Shown: piece after piece, positions 9,624 to 18,109 of the stretch | Layout: each line of letters begins with the position of its first letter | Position numbering within the stretch: the stretch's first letter is position 1 | From: an uncultured Candidatus Saccharibacteria bacterium | GTDB taxonomy: Bacteria; Patescibacteriota; Doudnabacteria; UBA920 | Length of the DNA: 64,000 nucleotides | Direction: 5' to 3' | Assembly (NCBI GenBank): GCA_964600695.1 | Contig: CAZRKK010000002.1 | Coordinates: 5,354 to 69,353, forward strand | Translations under genes and position numbers: made by a program | Notes under the pieces: model-generated | Database searches by the model: none | What the model was told of the DNA's origin: nothing | The model's input: only the letters and a program-made list of their open reading frames with translations

Positions 9624-10016
9624 ATGTACACAGATCCAATTTCAGACATGTTAACAAGAATCCGAAACGCGCTTGGGGCTTCCAAGCAGGATTTAGTTAT
9701 GCCTTACTCTAAGTTTAAACACAGCTTGGCTCAGGTTCTTTTAGAAGAAGGCTTTATTGCTGGCGTTAATGAACTTCCAGGTCGCATCAAGATGCTTCAA
9801 ATTAATTTAAAATATGATCAAACCGGTAATCCAGTAATCTCAGGTGTTAAGCGTGTTAGCACCCCAGGTCAAAGAATTTATATGCCTGTGACTAAAATTC
9901 CTCGTACTAATGGTGGATTTGGAATCACAATCGTATCAACTTCTAAAGGCTTAGTTACAGATAAGCGCGCACGTAAGGATCGTATTGGTGGAGAAGTAAT
10001 TTGCCAAGTCTGGTAA
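9624..10016 (+). CDS. rpsH: 30S ribosomal protein S8
   Basis: MYTDPISDMLTRIRNA. Confidence 0.95.
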   Translation: MYTDPISDMLTRIRNALGASKQDLVMPYSKFKHSLAQVLLEEGFIAGVNELPGRIKMLQINLKYDQTGNPVISGVKRVSTPGQRIYMPVTKIPRTNGGFGITIVSTSKGLVTDKRARKDRIGGEVICQVW

Positions 10017-10034
10017 TTTTTAAAGAATAAATAT

Positions 10035-10616
10035 ATGAGCAGAATAGGAAAAAAACCAGTAATCTTAACTCAAGGCATCACCGCTGAGCTTAAGGATAAG
10101 CACCTCACTATCAAAGGTAGTAAAGGTACTTTAGAGTTGGATATTCACCCAAAAGTTTTAGTTGAAGTAAAAGATGGGGAAATCACTGTTGATGTTGCCA
10201 AGAAGGAAGACAAGCGCGAAAAAGCTCTTTGGGGCCTGTCTCGAGCTTTGGTACAGAATATGGTAGATGGATTAACAACTGGTTTTTCTAAGCAGTTAGA
10301 TATTGTTGGAGTTGGTTTTAAAGCAGAAATGCGTGGTCAAACTTTAGTTCTGAACTTAGGTTTTTCTCATGCTATTGATTTTGAAATTCCTGCCGGAATC
10401 GAAGTTAAAGTAGAAAAAGATCCTTCTAAAGTAACTATTGCTCAGTATCAAACAACTGTATCTCTTTCTGGAATCGATAAGCATTTAGTTGGTCAAGTTG
10501 CTGCTAATATCCGTGAGCTTAAAAAGCCAGAACCTTACAAAGGTAAAGGGATTCGTTATAGCGATGAAAATATCTTGCGTAAGGCAGGTAAGGTTGTTAA
10601 AGCAGTAGGAAAGTAA
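10035..10616 (+). CDS. rplF: 50S ribosomal protein L6
   Basis: MSRIGKKPVIL; two L6 repeats. Confidence 0.95.
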   Translation: MSRIGKKPVILTQGITAELKDKHLTIKGSKGTLELDIHPKVLVEVKDGEITVDVAKKEDKREKALWGLSRALVQNMVDGLTTGFSKQLDIVGVGFKAEMRGQTLVLNLGFSHAIDFEIPAGIEVKVEKDPSKVTIAQYQTTVSLSGIDKHLVGQVAANIRELKKPEPYKGKGIRYSDENILRKAGKVVKAVGK

Positions 10617-10638
10617 CCTCTAATAGAGAAATAATTAT

Positions 10639-10992
10639 ATGAACAAACAAGAGCATAAAATTTTAAAGCACAAATTACGTAAGGGTCGTGTTCGAAGCCG
10701 CGTCAGCGGTACCGAAGCGAGACCTCGTTTAAGCGTGTTTCGTTCTAATTCTCAAATCTACGCTCAAGTAATAGATGATATTTCTGGTAAGACTGTAGCT
10801 GCTACTTCTAGCATCAATATCAAATCAGCAGGTAAGAAAGTTGATCAAGCCACAGCTGTTGGTAAAGAAATTGCTGCTAAGGCAATCGCCAAAGGTGTTA
10901 AAGCAGTAGTGTTCGATAGAGGCGGTTATAAGTATCATGGTCGTGTAAAAGCATTAGCAGAAAGCGCTCGTGAAGCTGGGTTACAATTCTAA
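10639..10992 (+). CDS. rplR: 50S ribosomal protein L18
   Basis: [20 protein letters not shown]. Confidence 0.95.
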   Translation: MNKQEHKILKHKLRKGRVRSRVSGTEARPRLSVFRSNSQIYAQVIDDISGKTVAATSSINIKSAGKKVDQATAVGKEIAAKAIAKGVKAVVFDRGGYKYHGRVKALAESAREAGLQF

Positions 10993-11005
10993 CTAATTTA
11001 AATAT

Positions 11006-11509
11006 ATGGAAAAAAGAACTCGTAGAAACAATTCAAGAGACGGCGGAGAAGCCCGTGAATTCGACCAAAAAGTGGTTGAGATTAAGCGTGTAACCCGTGT
11101 AGTTGCTGGTGGAAAACGTATGCGTTTTCGTGCACTTGTTGTAATTGGTGACCACAAAGGTAAAATCGGTATCGGTTTAAAGAAGGGGATGGATGTAACC
11201 GAAGCTGTAAACAAAGCTGTTAATGCTGCAAAGAAAAGCATGATCGTAGTACCAATTGTTAACGATACAGTTCCTCATCAAGTTAACATTAAGTATAAGT
11301 CTAGTAAGTTGTTAATGATGCCTGCTCGTCCTGGTACTGGTGTAATTGCTGGTGGTGCAGTTCGTAGCGTACTCGACCTTGCTGGTGTTAAGAATGTAAT
11401 CAGTAAAATGATTGGTTCTAACAACAAAACTAATAATGTCCGAGCCGCTTTCGAAGCTTTTAAAATGATGCGTAGTAAAGAAGAAATTTTAAAGAGCCGC
11501 GCAAAATAG
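11006..11509 (+). CDS. rpsE: 30S ribosomal protein S5
   Basis: KRVTRVVAGGKRMRFRALVVIGD. Confidence 0.95.
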   Translation: MEKRTRRNNSRDGGEAREFDQKVVEIKRVTRVVAGGKRMRFRALVVIGDHKGKIGIGLKKGMDVTEAVNKAVNAAKKSMIVVPIVNDTVPHQVNIKYKSSKLLMMPARPGTGVIAGGAVRSVLDLAGVKNVISKMIGSNNKTNNVRAAFEAFKMMRSKEEILKSRAK

Positions 11510-11536
11510 TTCTCAGTTAAATTTAATTTCAATTAT

Positions 11537-11971
11537 ATGATCAAACTTCATCAATTAAAACGTCATCCAAAAGCTACAAAGCGCCGCAAAGTTGTCGGTC
11601 GTGGTATTGGTAGTGGTCACGGTACTTACTCTACTCGTGGTGCTAAGGGACAAAAGTCTCGTACAGGTCACTCTAAGTCTCCGGCACGTTTTGAAGGTGG
11701 TCGCCAACCATTGATTCGTCAAATTGGTAAACTTCGTGGATTCAAGAGCTTAGCTCCGAATGCATTTGCAGTTAAGTTGGATTTGTTAAACTCATTACCT
11801 GATGGTACAGAGGTTACATTAAATAGCTTAAAGGCACACGGCATCATTGATACTGGTGTTAAGAAGGTAAAGATTCTAAAAGGCGAACTTAAGCGAAAGC
11901 TAGTGGTTGCTGTTCCTGTTTCTGCTACTGCTAAGGCTTCTATTGAAGCTGCAGGCGGTAGTATCAAATAA
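11537..11971 (+). CDS. rplO: 50S ribosomal protein L15 (follows S5 directly; no L30 gene)
   Basis: MIKLHQLKRHPKATKRRKVVGRGIGSGHGTYSTRGAKGQKSR. Confidence 0.95.
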   Translation: MIKLHQLKRHPKATKRRKVVGRGIGSGHGTYSTRGAKGQKSRTGHSKSPARFEGGRQPLIRQIGKLRGFKSLAPNAFAVKLDLLNSLPDGTEVTLNSLKAHGIIDTGVKKVKILKGELKRKLVVAVPVSATAKASIEAAGGSIK

Positions 11972-11981
11972 ACTTATTAAG

Positions 11982-12095
11982 AGCCTATGGCAATTATTAA
12001 TTCCTGTCGCTAAACTGCTACGTCTGCTAAAAATTTCTTCGAAACTTTTGCATACTGGGCAGTGATGCTCCTTGAATCAACAATTGCCATAGGCT
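11982..12095 (+). promoter_or_regulatory. Long-range 14-bp perfect inverted repeat enclosing ~85 nt between rplO and secY (structured RNA or operator candidate)
   Basis: AGCCTATGGCAATT at 11982-11995 pairs with AATTGCCATAGGCT at ~12081-12094. Confidence 0.35.
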
Positions 12096-12142
12096 TTAAA
12101 GTTTAATTAGACCTGATTTGAGGATTAAAGTATAATACAAAT

Positions 12143-13420
12143 ATGAATAAATTAAGCTTAATTTGGAAAACTAAAGATTTGCGTTGGAAGATCTTCATGG
12201 TCATGATGTTGCTTTTAGTGACTCGTGTTTTGGCTCATGTCCCAATTCCTGGGATTAGCGTCACTGGCTTGAAGGCTTTCTTCGAAAGCAATCAATTTTT
12301 AAACTTATTGAACGTTTTTTCTGGTGGTGGACTAAGTAACTTTTCTATCGCTATGCTTGGTGTTGGACCATACATCACAGCATCTATTATTATGCAGTTG
12401 TTGGTCATGATTGTTCCTTCACTTACAGAACTACAGAAAGAAAGTGGAGAAGCTGGTCGAGTTAAAATCAACCAGTACACTCGTTTTTTGACTTTGCCAT
12501 TAGCAGTTTTGTCTGGTTTCGGAACTATTCGATTATTACAAAGCCAAGGTGGGGCAGAGTTACTTGGAACTTTCTCTCCTTTCCAGTGGTTCCTAACTTT
12601 GTTAACAGTTACCGCTGGTACAATGTTGGTTATGTGGATCGGTGAAATCATTTCCGAATACGGAATTGGTAATGGTGTATCTTTAGTAATTTTCGCCGGT
12701 ATCGTTTCTCAGTTACCTAAGAGCGTTGGTTCGTTGGTTCAGTTATATGATCCAAGCCAATTACCAACCATTATTGGATTTGCTATTGTCGCTTTGATCG
12801 TTATCGCCAGTGTAGTATTTGTGACTGAAGCTCAGCGCAATGTCCCGGTTACGTATGCAAAGCGGGTGAGTGGAGATAAACAAGTTGGTGGAGTTAACTC
12901 ATTCTTACCGTTACGTCTTAACCAAGCAGGTGTTATTCCAATCATCTTCGCAATTTCATTATTGTTGTTCCCAGCGATTATTGCTCAGTTCTTCTTAAAT
13001 GCCAAGACTCCTTTGATTGCTGAATATGCCCAAAAAGCTATTGATTTTACAAATAATCAAGGCGTTTGGTATGGCGTATCTTACTTCCTATTAGTTGTTA
13101 TATTCACTTATTTCTACACTAATATTGTTGTAAATCCAGATGAAGTTTCCGAAAACATGCAACGCAGTGGTGGCTTTGTTCCTGGTATTCGCCCCGGGAA
13201 GCAGACTGCTGATTACTTATACAAAGTTTTGAACCGCATCACTTTGCCTGGATCCTTATTCCTTGGTTTAATCGCTATCCTGCCTTTCATCTTACAAACA
13301 TGGACAGGAACCCGAGCATTAACATTTGGTGGTACTGGATTGCTGATTGTAGTAGCGGTAGTAATTGAAAGTATCAAGCAAGTCGAGGCTCAGCTAACTA
13401 TGCACGACTATCAAAAATAA
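12143..13420 (+). CDS. secY: Preprotein translocase subunit SecY
   Basis: 425 aa, ~10 TM helices, typical SecY profile and position after L15. Confidence 0.95.
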   Translation: MNKLSLIWKTKDLRWKIFMVMMLLLVTRVLAHVPIPGISVTGLKAFFESNQFLNLLNVFSGGGLSNFSIAMLGVGPYITASIIMQLLVMIVPSLTELQKESGEAGRVKINQYTRFLTLPLAVLSGFGTIRLLQSQGGAELLGTFSPFQWFLTLLTVTAGTMLVMWIGEIISEYGIGNGVSLVIFAGIVSQLPKSVGSLVQLYDPSQLPTIIGFAIVALIVIASVVFVTEAQRNVPVTYAKRVSGDKQVGGVNSFLPLRLNQAGVIPIIFAISLLLFPAIIAQFFLNAKTPLIAEYAQKAIDFTNNQGVWYGVSYFLLVVIFTYFYTNIVVNPDEVSENMQRSGGFVPGIRPGKQTADYLYKVLNRITLPGSLFLGLIAILPFILQTWTGTRALTFGGTGLLIVVAVVIESIKQVEAQLTMHDYQK

Positions 13421-13426
13421 ATTATT

Positions 13427-13460
13427 AACTCCCTCTAGTAATTAGGGGGAGTTTTTTTAT
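13427..13460 (+). terminator. Intrinsic terminator closing the ribosomal/secY operon
   Basis: aactccctct ... agggggagtt hairpin + T7. Confidence 0.75.
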
Positions 13461-13480
13461 TGGTATTTATTAGGAGTTTT

Positions 13481-13489
13481 GTGGTATAA
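13481..13489 (+). promoter_or_regulatory. Extended -10 promoter (TGgTATAAT) giving a (near-)leaderless transcript for the ORF starting at 13500
   Basis: tgtggtataat; same motif recurs at 18166, 22150, 23637, 48965, 52065. Confidence 0.5.
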
Positions 13490-13499
13490 TATTCATATT

Positions 13500-13874
13500 A
13501 TGGCAGAAGAAATAAGAAAAATTCCTGGATTCGAATCAGAGCAATCTGCGGAACCAAATAGCAACGAGTCCCCAGAATCAGAACAGACTGAATCTCTAGA
13601 AGCATCGTCTTCGGAAACTCTGAGTGATAATAACTTAGACCAGCAGGATTTGAACGAGACACCAATTGAAGAAGAAGTCGATACATCTAACTTATCGATC
13701 GAATCAGCTTTAGAGCCCAAATCAGGAGTGACTGCTTCTGATTCTATTGCTTCCGAAAGTAACGATGAAGTTCTTTCTGAAAGATTGTTAGCCGACAGTA
13801 AAGAATTAGAGACTGCCACCGAAGCCCGTAAACTTTTAAATGATATCTTAGGCACAACCGAAACTAAAAACTAG
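13500..13874 (+). CDS. Highly acidic Ser/Glu/Asp-rich, probably disordered protein (124 aa from ATG 13500; ORF track start 13479 would lie inside the promoter)
   Basis: MAEEIRKIPGFESEQSAEPNSNESPESEQTESLEASSSE...; 36 nt upstream of the ATPase gene. Confidence 0.5.
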   Translation: MAEEIRKIPGFESEQSAEPNSNESPESEQTESLEASSSETLSDNNLDQQDLNETPIEEEVDTSNLSIESALEPKSGVTASDSIASESNDEVLSERLLADSKELETATEARKLLNDILGTTETKN

Positions 13875-13909
13875 GTTTGTAAAATAAAAGCAAAAAATAA
13901 AAATTATCA

Positions 13910-16468
13910 ATGCCTTTTGGATTTGAACTCAATACTGTAATTTATGCATCACTACTACTAGGAATTTTAGTAGTAGTGTTTTTGCTTGTCGCTGCTTATT
14001 ATATTCACAGGCATTGGTATTACAGTCATGTCATTTTACCCCGCACTAAAGAGTGGGTGTTTTTGGAAATTCAAATGCCAAAAGACAACAGCGAGGATAA
14101 AGAAAAATATCAACGCGATGAAGAAAAAAAATTACTAATTGGTATTGCCGAGCAATTATTCACAACTTTATCAGGAATTAGTCACACTAATTGGTTTTGG
14201 CAACCTAAAGAATATATAAGTTTTGAAATTGCGTGTACAGACAAAAAGATTTCCTTTTATATCAATTGTCCGCGTAAGCTTCAGGAGCTAATAGAAAAAC
14301 AAGTTCAAGCTCAGTACCCTCACGCTTTTATCGAGGAGATTAAAGGCTATAATCCCTTTCCAGAAACTGGGGAGATCGAAGCTACCGAGTTAAGATTGAC
14401 CAAGCCTTATATGTATCCTTTTCGTACTTACAAGAGTATGGAAACAGATCCATTGAATGCGTTAACAAACGCTATGTCAAAACTGAGCGATGGTGATGGG
14501 GCGGTTATTCAAATGATTTTGTATCCAGCAGGGGATCACTGGCAGCATCGTCCGCGGCACATGGCTTTAGAAATTCAGCAAGGTAAAAATCCGAACATTG
14601 TTGCCAAGAGTGCGTTTGGAAGATTTGCGCGCGAGGTAGGAAGCACAGCTAAGGATGGTGTCTTAGGTGGAACTCAGTTAAGTAAAGATCAAATGCAACA
14701 ACGTACCGATTTGTCGGGACGTTATTCGGCCATCAACTTAACTCCGATGCAACAAGACATGGTTAAGCGTTTCGAAGAAAAAGCTAGCCGCCCAGGCTTC
14801 TATACCAACATTCGTATTGTCACAGCATCACCAACTCCTGGAACAGCTAAAGTGAATATGCATAATTTAGTGTCTTCATTTTTGCAGTACAACATGCCGC
14901 CGTTTAATGGTTTTAGAGTTAAGCGTCGTGCTAAGAAGCGTATTATTAAAGATTATATTTTTAGAATTTATCGCCGCTACGGACGTAAGTCTATTTTAAA
15001 TACCGAAGAATTAACTAGTATTTGGCATCTTCCGACTCCATTTTTGGAAACACCTAATATTAAATGGTTGTTATCTAAAAAAGCTCCACCACCTATAAAC
15101 TTGCAACCAGAAGGAATATTACTAGGCCGAAATATATATCGTGGGCAGGAGACACCAATTCATATGGCACGTGATGATCGTCGTCGTCACATGTATATTT
15201 TGGGACGTACTGGTGTGGGTAAAACCGAAATCATGAAATACATGTCCGTTCAAGATATCAAGAACGGTGATGGAATTTGTATTATCGATCCTCATGGTGA
15301 TTTTATTGAAGATGTTTTACCTCACATTCCAAAAGAACGAGCCGAAGATGTAATCTTATTTGACCCATTCGATACCGACAGGCCGATGGGTTTGAACATG
15401 CTCGAAGTCACTAGTGAAGGTCAAAAAGATTTTGCTGTTCAAGAAATGATCTCTATCTTTTATAAATTAGTTACAGATCCTGCGATGCTTGGACCTATGT
15501 TCGAGCACAACATGCGTAATGCCATGCTAACCTTAATGGCTGACGAAGAAAATCCTGGAACTATTGTTGAAGTCCCACGTATATTTACGGACACTGAATT
15601 CCAAAAGTATAAAGTCTCTAAATTAAATGATCCTGTGGTAAGAGCATTTTGGGAGAAAGAAATGGCCAAGACTTCCGATTTTCATAAGTCGGAAATGTTA
15701 GGTTACTTAGTTTCTAAAGTAGGCCGCTTTGTAGAAAATTCCATGATGCGAAATATTGTTGGTCAACCAAAGAGTTCTTTTAACTTCCGTGATATCATGG
15801 ATAACAAAAAAATTCTTTTGGTGAATTTAGCAAAGGGTAAAGTAGGGGAGGTGAACGCAAAATTAATTGGCTTAATTTTAGTGAGTAAAATTCAAATGGC
15901 GGCATTGTCCCGTGCAGATATTCCAGAAAGCGAACGCCAAGATTTCTATTTATATGTTGATGAATTCCAAAACTTTATTACCGATGCTTTTTCTTCTATT
16001 TTGAGCGAAGCCCGTAAGTATCGATTGAATTTGATTATTGGTCATCAGTTCTTAGCTCAGTTGGGGCAAGCAGCTGGTGCGCAAGGTGCAGCTAGTAACG
16101 ATTTACGTGATGCTGTGTTTGGTAATGCTGGTAGTATGGTAACTTTCCGTATTGGTGTAGAAGATAGTGAAGTTATGGCAAAGGAGTTTGCACCAACTTT
16201 TAATGAGTTTGATTTATTAAATGTCGATAGATTTAATGCTTTTGTAAAGTTGATGATTAATGGAACAGCCAGCAAACCATTTAACATGGCCACATACCCC
16301 TTAGCTAAACCAACTGAAGATCAAAAGAAGACAGGGGATGCTATTCGACAGTTATCAAGGTTAAAATTTGGTCGTCCACGGGCCGAAGTTGAAGCAGAAA
16401 TCCTAGAAGCCAGCCAAGTTGCTGATATGATGGCGGCTGGTCCAGGGAGTATCGAGAAAACGGTTTAA
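13910..16468 (+). CDS. Membrane-anchored P-loop ATPase of the VirD4/TraG/TraD type IV coupling-protein family, with a ~380-aa N-terminal domain of unknown function
   Basis: Single N-terminal TM helix; Walker A ILGRTGVGKTE; Walker B LYVDEFQNF; C-terminal ARKYRLNLIIGHQFLAQL resembles the coupling-protein R-x-x-G...Q...QL motif. Confidence 0.6.
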   Translation: MPFGFELNTVIYASLLLGILVVVFLLVAAYYIHRHWYYSHVILPRTKEWVFLEIQMPKDNSEDKEKYQRDEEKKLLIGIAEQLFTTLSGISHTNWFWQPKEYISFEIACTDKKISFYINCPRKLQELIEKQVQAQYPHAFIEEIKGYNPFPETGEIEATELRLTKPYMYPFRTYKSMETDPLNALTNAMSKLSDGDGAVIQMILYPAGDHWQHRPRHMALEIQQGKNPNIVAKSAFGRFAREVGSTAKDGVLGGTQLSKDQMQQRTDLSGRYSAINLTPMQQDMVKRFEEKASRPGFYTNIRIVTASPTPGTAKVNMHNLVSSFLQYNMPPFNGFRVKRRAKKRIIKDYIFRIYRRYGRKSILNTEELTSIWHLPTPFLETPNIKWLLSKKAPPPINLQPEGILLGRNIYRGQETPIHMARDDRRRHMYILGRTGVGKTEIMKYMSVQDIKNGDGICIIDPHGDFIEDVLPHIPKERAEDVILFDPFDTDRPMGLNMLEVTSEGQKDFAVQEMISIFYKLVTDPAMLGPMFEHNMRNAMLTLMADEENPGTIVEVPRIFTDTEFQKYKVSKLNDPVVRAFWEKEMAKTSDFHKSEMLGYLVSKVGRFVENSMMRNIVGQPKSSFNFRDIMDNKKILLVNLAKGKVGEVNAKLIGLILVSKIQMAALSRADIPESERQDFYLYVDEFQNFITDAFSSILSEARKYRLNLIIGHQFLAQLGQAAGAQGAASNDLRDAVFGNAGSMVTFRIGVEDSEVMAKEFAPTFNEFDLLNVDRFNAFVKLMINGTASKPFNMATYPLAKPTEDQKKTGDAIRQLSRLKFGRPRAEVEAEILEASQVADMMAAGPGSIEKTV

Positions 16469-16509
16469 GTAGCTGTAAGCAGCCATAATTAGTAATAAGT
16501 CAGTGGGTA

Positions 16510-16538
16510 TTGACAAAATCAACTATTTGTGATATTAT
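16510..16538 (+). promoter_or_regulatory. Perfect-consensus sigma70 promoter TTGACA-N17-TATTAT
   Basis: TTGACA 16510-16515, 17-nt spacer, TATTAT 16533-16538; GGAGG RBS at 16578-16582. Confidence 0.65.
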
Positions 16539-16593
16539 ATTCGCAGTAGTTTTTTTGTAGTTTAAATCAATTTAGTTGGAGGACTTTGTTAAT

Positions 16594-17064
16594 ATGTATA
16601 AAAACTCGTTGGTCATGAAGATGATCCTAACGTTTGCGGCCTTTAGCGCCGTCGTTGTATTCCTGAACTACGTGGTCGGCATGCCGACTACTAAGCGCAT
16701 GAACTTCGTCTTGATGAGCTATGGTGTTGGTTCGGCCACCATCTTGGCTCTCGCGGCCGTTTTTCCGAGCCGTCTGACATCGGCGCTGTGCCGTCTTGTG
16801 CAGATTGGTTGGGCAGTGGCCATCGTTCTCGGTGGTTTTGCTATGATTATTATCATTGTGGTTGGTTTGGGGCAGTTTAACCTGCCGTTCCTATCGCTAC
16901 AGTGGTATAGCCTGTTCATGGCTTTAGGAATCTTGGGGGCCAGCGTGTTCATGTTTGTCAACGACTCGTATTTTGAAGTCGTTAACGAATATGAAAGCAA
17001 AGCTGGGAAGCCTAAGGTGGTGACACCGCCGGCAAACAGCACTTCGTCGAGCGTTTCGGCATAG
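16594..17064 (+). CDS. GC-rich (compositionally foreign) small 4-TM membrane protein (ATG 16594; ORF track uses TTG at 16576)
   Basis: Four hydrophobic helices; codons strongly G/C-ending (TCG, GCC, CCG, GTC) unlike flanking genes; own promoter and terminator. Confidence 0.6.
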   Translation: MYKNSLVMKMILTFAAFSAVVVFLNYVVGMPTTKRMNFVLMSYGVGSATILALAAVFPSRLTSALCRLVQIGWAVAIVLGGFAMIIIIVVGLGQFNLPFLSLQWYSLFMALGILGASVFMFVNDSYFEVVNEYESKAGKPKVVTPPANSTSSSVSA

Positions 17065-17091
17065 AAACTCCGCACAAGGGTTAGAAGTATT

Positions 17092-17128
17092 GGGTAAGAG
17101 CGAAAATATTCGCTTTTACCCTTTTTTT
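17092..17128 (+). terminator. Intrinsic terminator
   Basis: GGGTAAGAGCGAA-aata-TTCGCTTTTACCC hairpin + T7. Confidence 0.75.
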
Positions 17129-17169
17129 ATTGCCTAAAATTGCCATTTTAAAATTTCTGTTATCAGCTA

Positions 17170-17198
17170 TTGACAAAACATCAAAAATAGTGTATACT
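17170..17198 (+). promoter_or_regulatory. Consensus sigma70 promoter TTGACA-N17-TATACT followed by a ~180-nt structured leader
   Basis: TTGACA 17170-17175, TATACT 17193-17198; 11-bp perfect hairpin at 17234-17277; GGTCA/TGACC palindromes at 17276-17293 and 17331-17346; GGAGG RBS at 17371-17375. Confidence 0.6.
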
Positions 17199-17385
17199 GT
17201 TACTTAAACTAAATATTGGTTAGAAAGTGAATTACCTTCAGAAATTCAGATTTATCGAGATATGGTTTTCTGAAGGTCATGCACGTGTATGACTGTTGTA
17301 GCGCTGTAAATAAAAAAACAGCATTGTAACGGTCAATCACATGACCAAGTTTTCAAAAACAGCCTAAGGAGGGCTAATCAATACT

Positions 17386-18102
17386 ATGCAGAAATTCATT
17401 ATTTCGTTCGTTTTTGTCGCAATGTCACTTATGGCTGTTTCGTCGGCCTCGGCCCAGAATCCGGACTTGAACGTTCCGGTGCCTTCGGGAAAGACGCAGA
17501 CCACGAAGAGCCCGGACTTGAACGTTCCGGTGCCTAACAAGTCGGTTCAAAGTTCGGCTAACGTCTATAGGACGTACCGCAACACTACGGTCGTTAAGAA
17601 GTATTCCATGAACGGCGTCGACAAAGACGCTCGTGAAGTGAATGTCGCTCAGGACATTCGTATAAAAAAACTGGAAGACGGCAAGGCTAACTCGTCGGAC
17701 GTCGAAGCAGGATTTAAGTCGGTTGACGATCGTTTCGCGGCTAAGGATCAGGTGGATGCACGACAGGACCGAGAGCTCGGATATACTTTCTGGGCTTTCA
17801 TAATCATCCCGGTAGTCTTTCTGGTTCTGGCGTTGTTGTACTTCATGTTTGGAGGCAACAATAATAACGTTCAGGTTAACGGTGGTGGACATGCACCGGC
17901 ATACGTACCTCAGGCCCAGCCTGCAGTACAGCCGATACCATACTACCAGCCTATTCCTGCACAACCCGTTCCTGCGGCACAACCGGTTCCTGCAGCCAAC
18001 CAACAGCCAAGCGTAAATGTTCCGATCAATATTGCGGTCGAGCCGATTCAGATCGATCTCCGACCGTCGTTGCGTGGAACACCGCCGGCACCCGCTCAGT
18101 AG
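17386..18102 (+). CDS. GC-rich secreted/single-pass membrane protein with tandem PDLNVPVP repeats and a Pro/Gln-rich tail
   Basis: Signal peptide MQKFIISFVFVAMSLMAVSSASA; exact 24-nt direct repeat at 17461-17484 and 17512-17535; TM FWAFIIIPVVFLVLALLYFMF; tail PAVQPIPYYQPIPAQPVPAAQPVPA. Confidence 0.6.
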   Translation: MQKFIISFVFVAMSLMAVSSASAQNPDLNVPVPSGKTQTTKSPDLNVPVPNKSVQSSANVYRTYRNTTVVKKYSMNGVDKDAREVNVAQDIRIKKLEDGKANSSDVEAGFKSVDDRFAAKDQVDARQDRELGYTFWAFIIIPVVFLVLALLYFMFGGNNNNVQVNGGGHAPAYVPQAQPAVQPIPYYQPIPAQPVPAAQPVPAANQQPSVNVPINIAVEPIQIDLRPSLRGTPPAPAQ

Positions 18103-18109
18103 TGAGCAT

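Noticed and set aside
13479-13499. ORF-track start at 13479 (MWYNIHIM...) for the acidic protein, and 18192 / 16576 TTG starts for the giant and GC-rich proteins
   Set aside because: The upstream alternative starts fall inside the predicted promoter -10 elements or RBS; downstream ATGs (13500, 18213, 16594) fit the expression signals better.
16719-18003. Long minus-strand ORFs (16719-17075, 17425-18003) opposite the GC-rich cassettes
   Set aside because: Their length comes from stop-codon depletion in GC-rich DNA. Their translations are Arg/Cys-rich nonsense, whereas the + strand products have signal peptides, TM helices, an RBS and a terminator.
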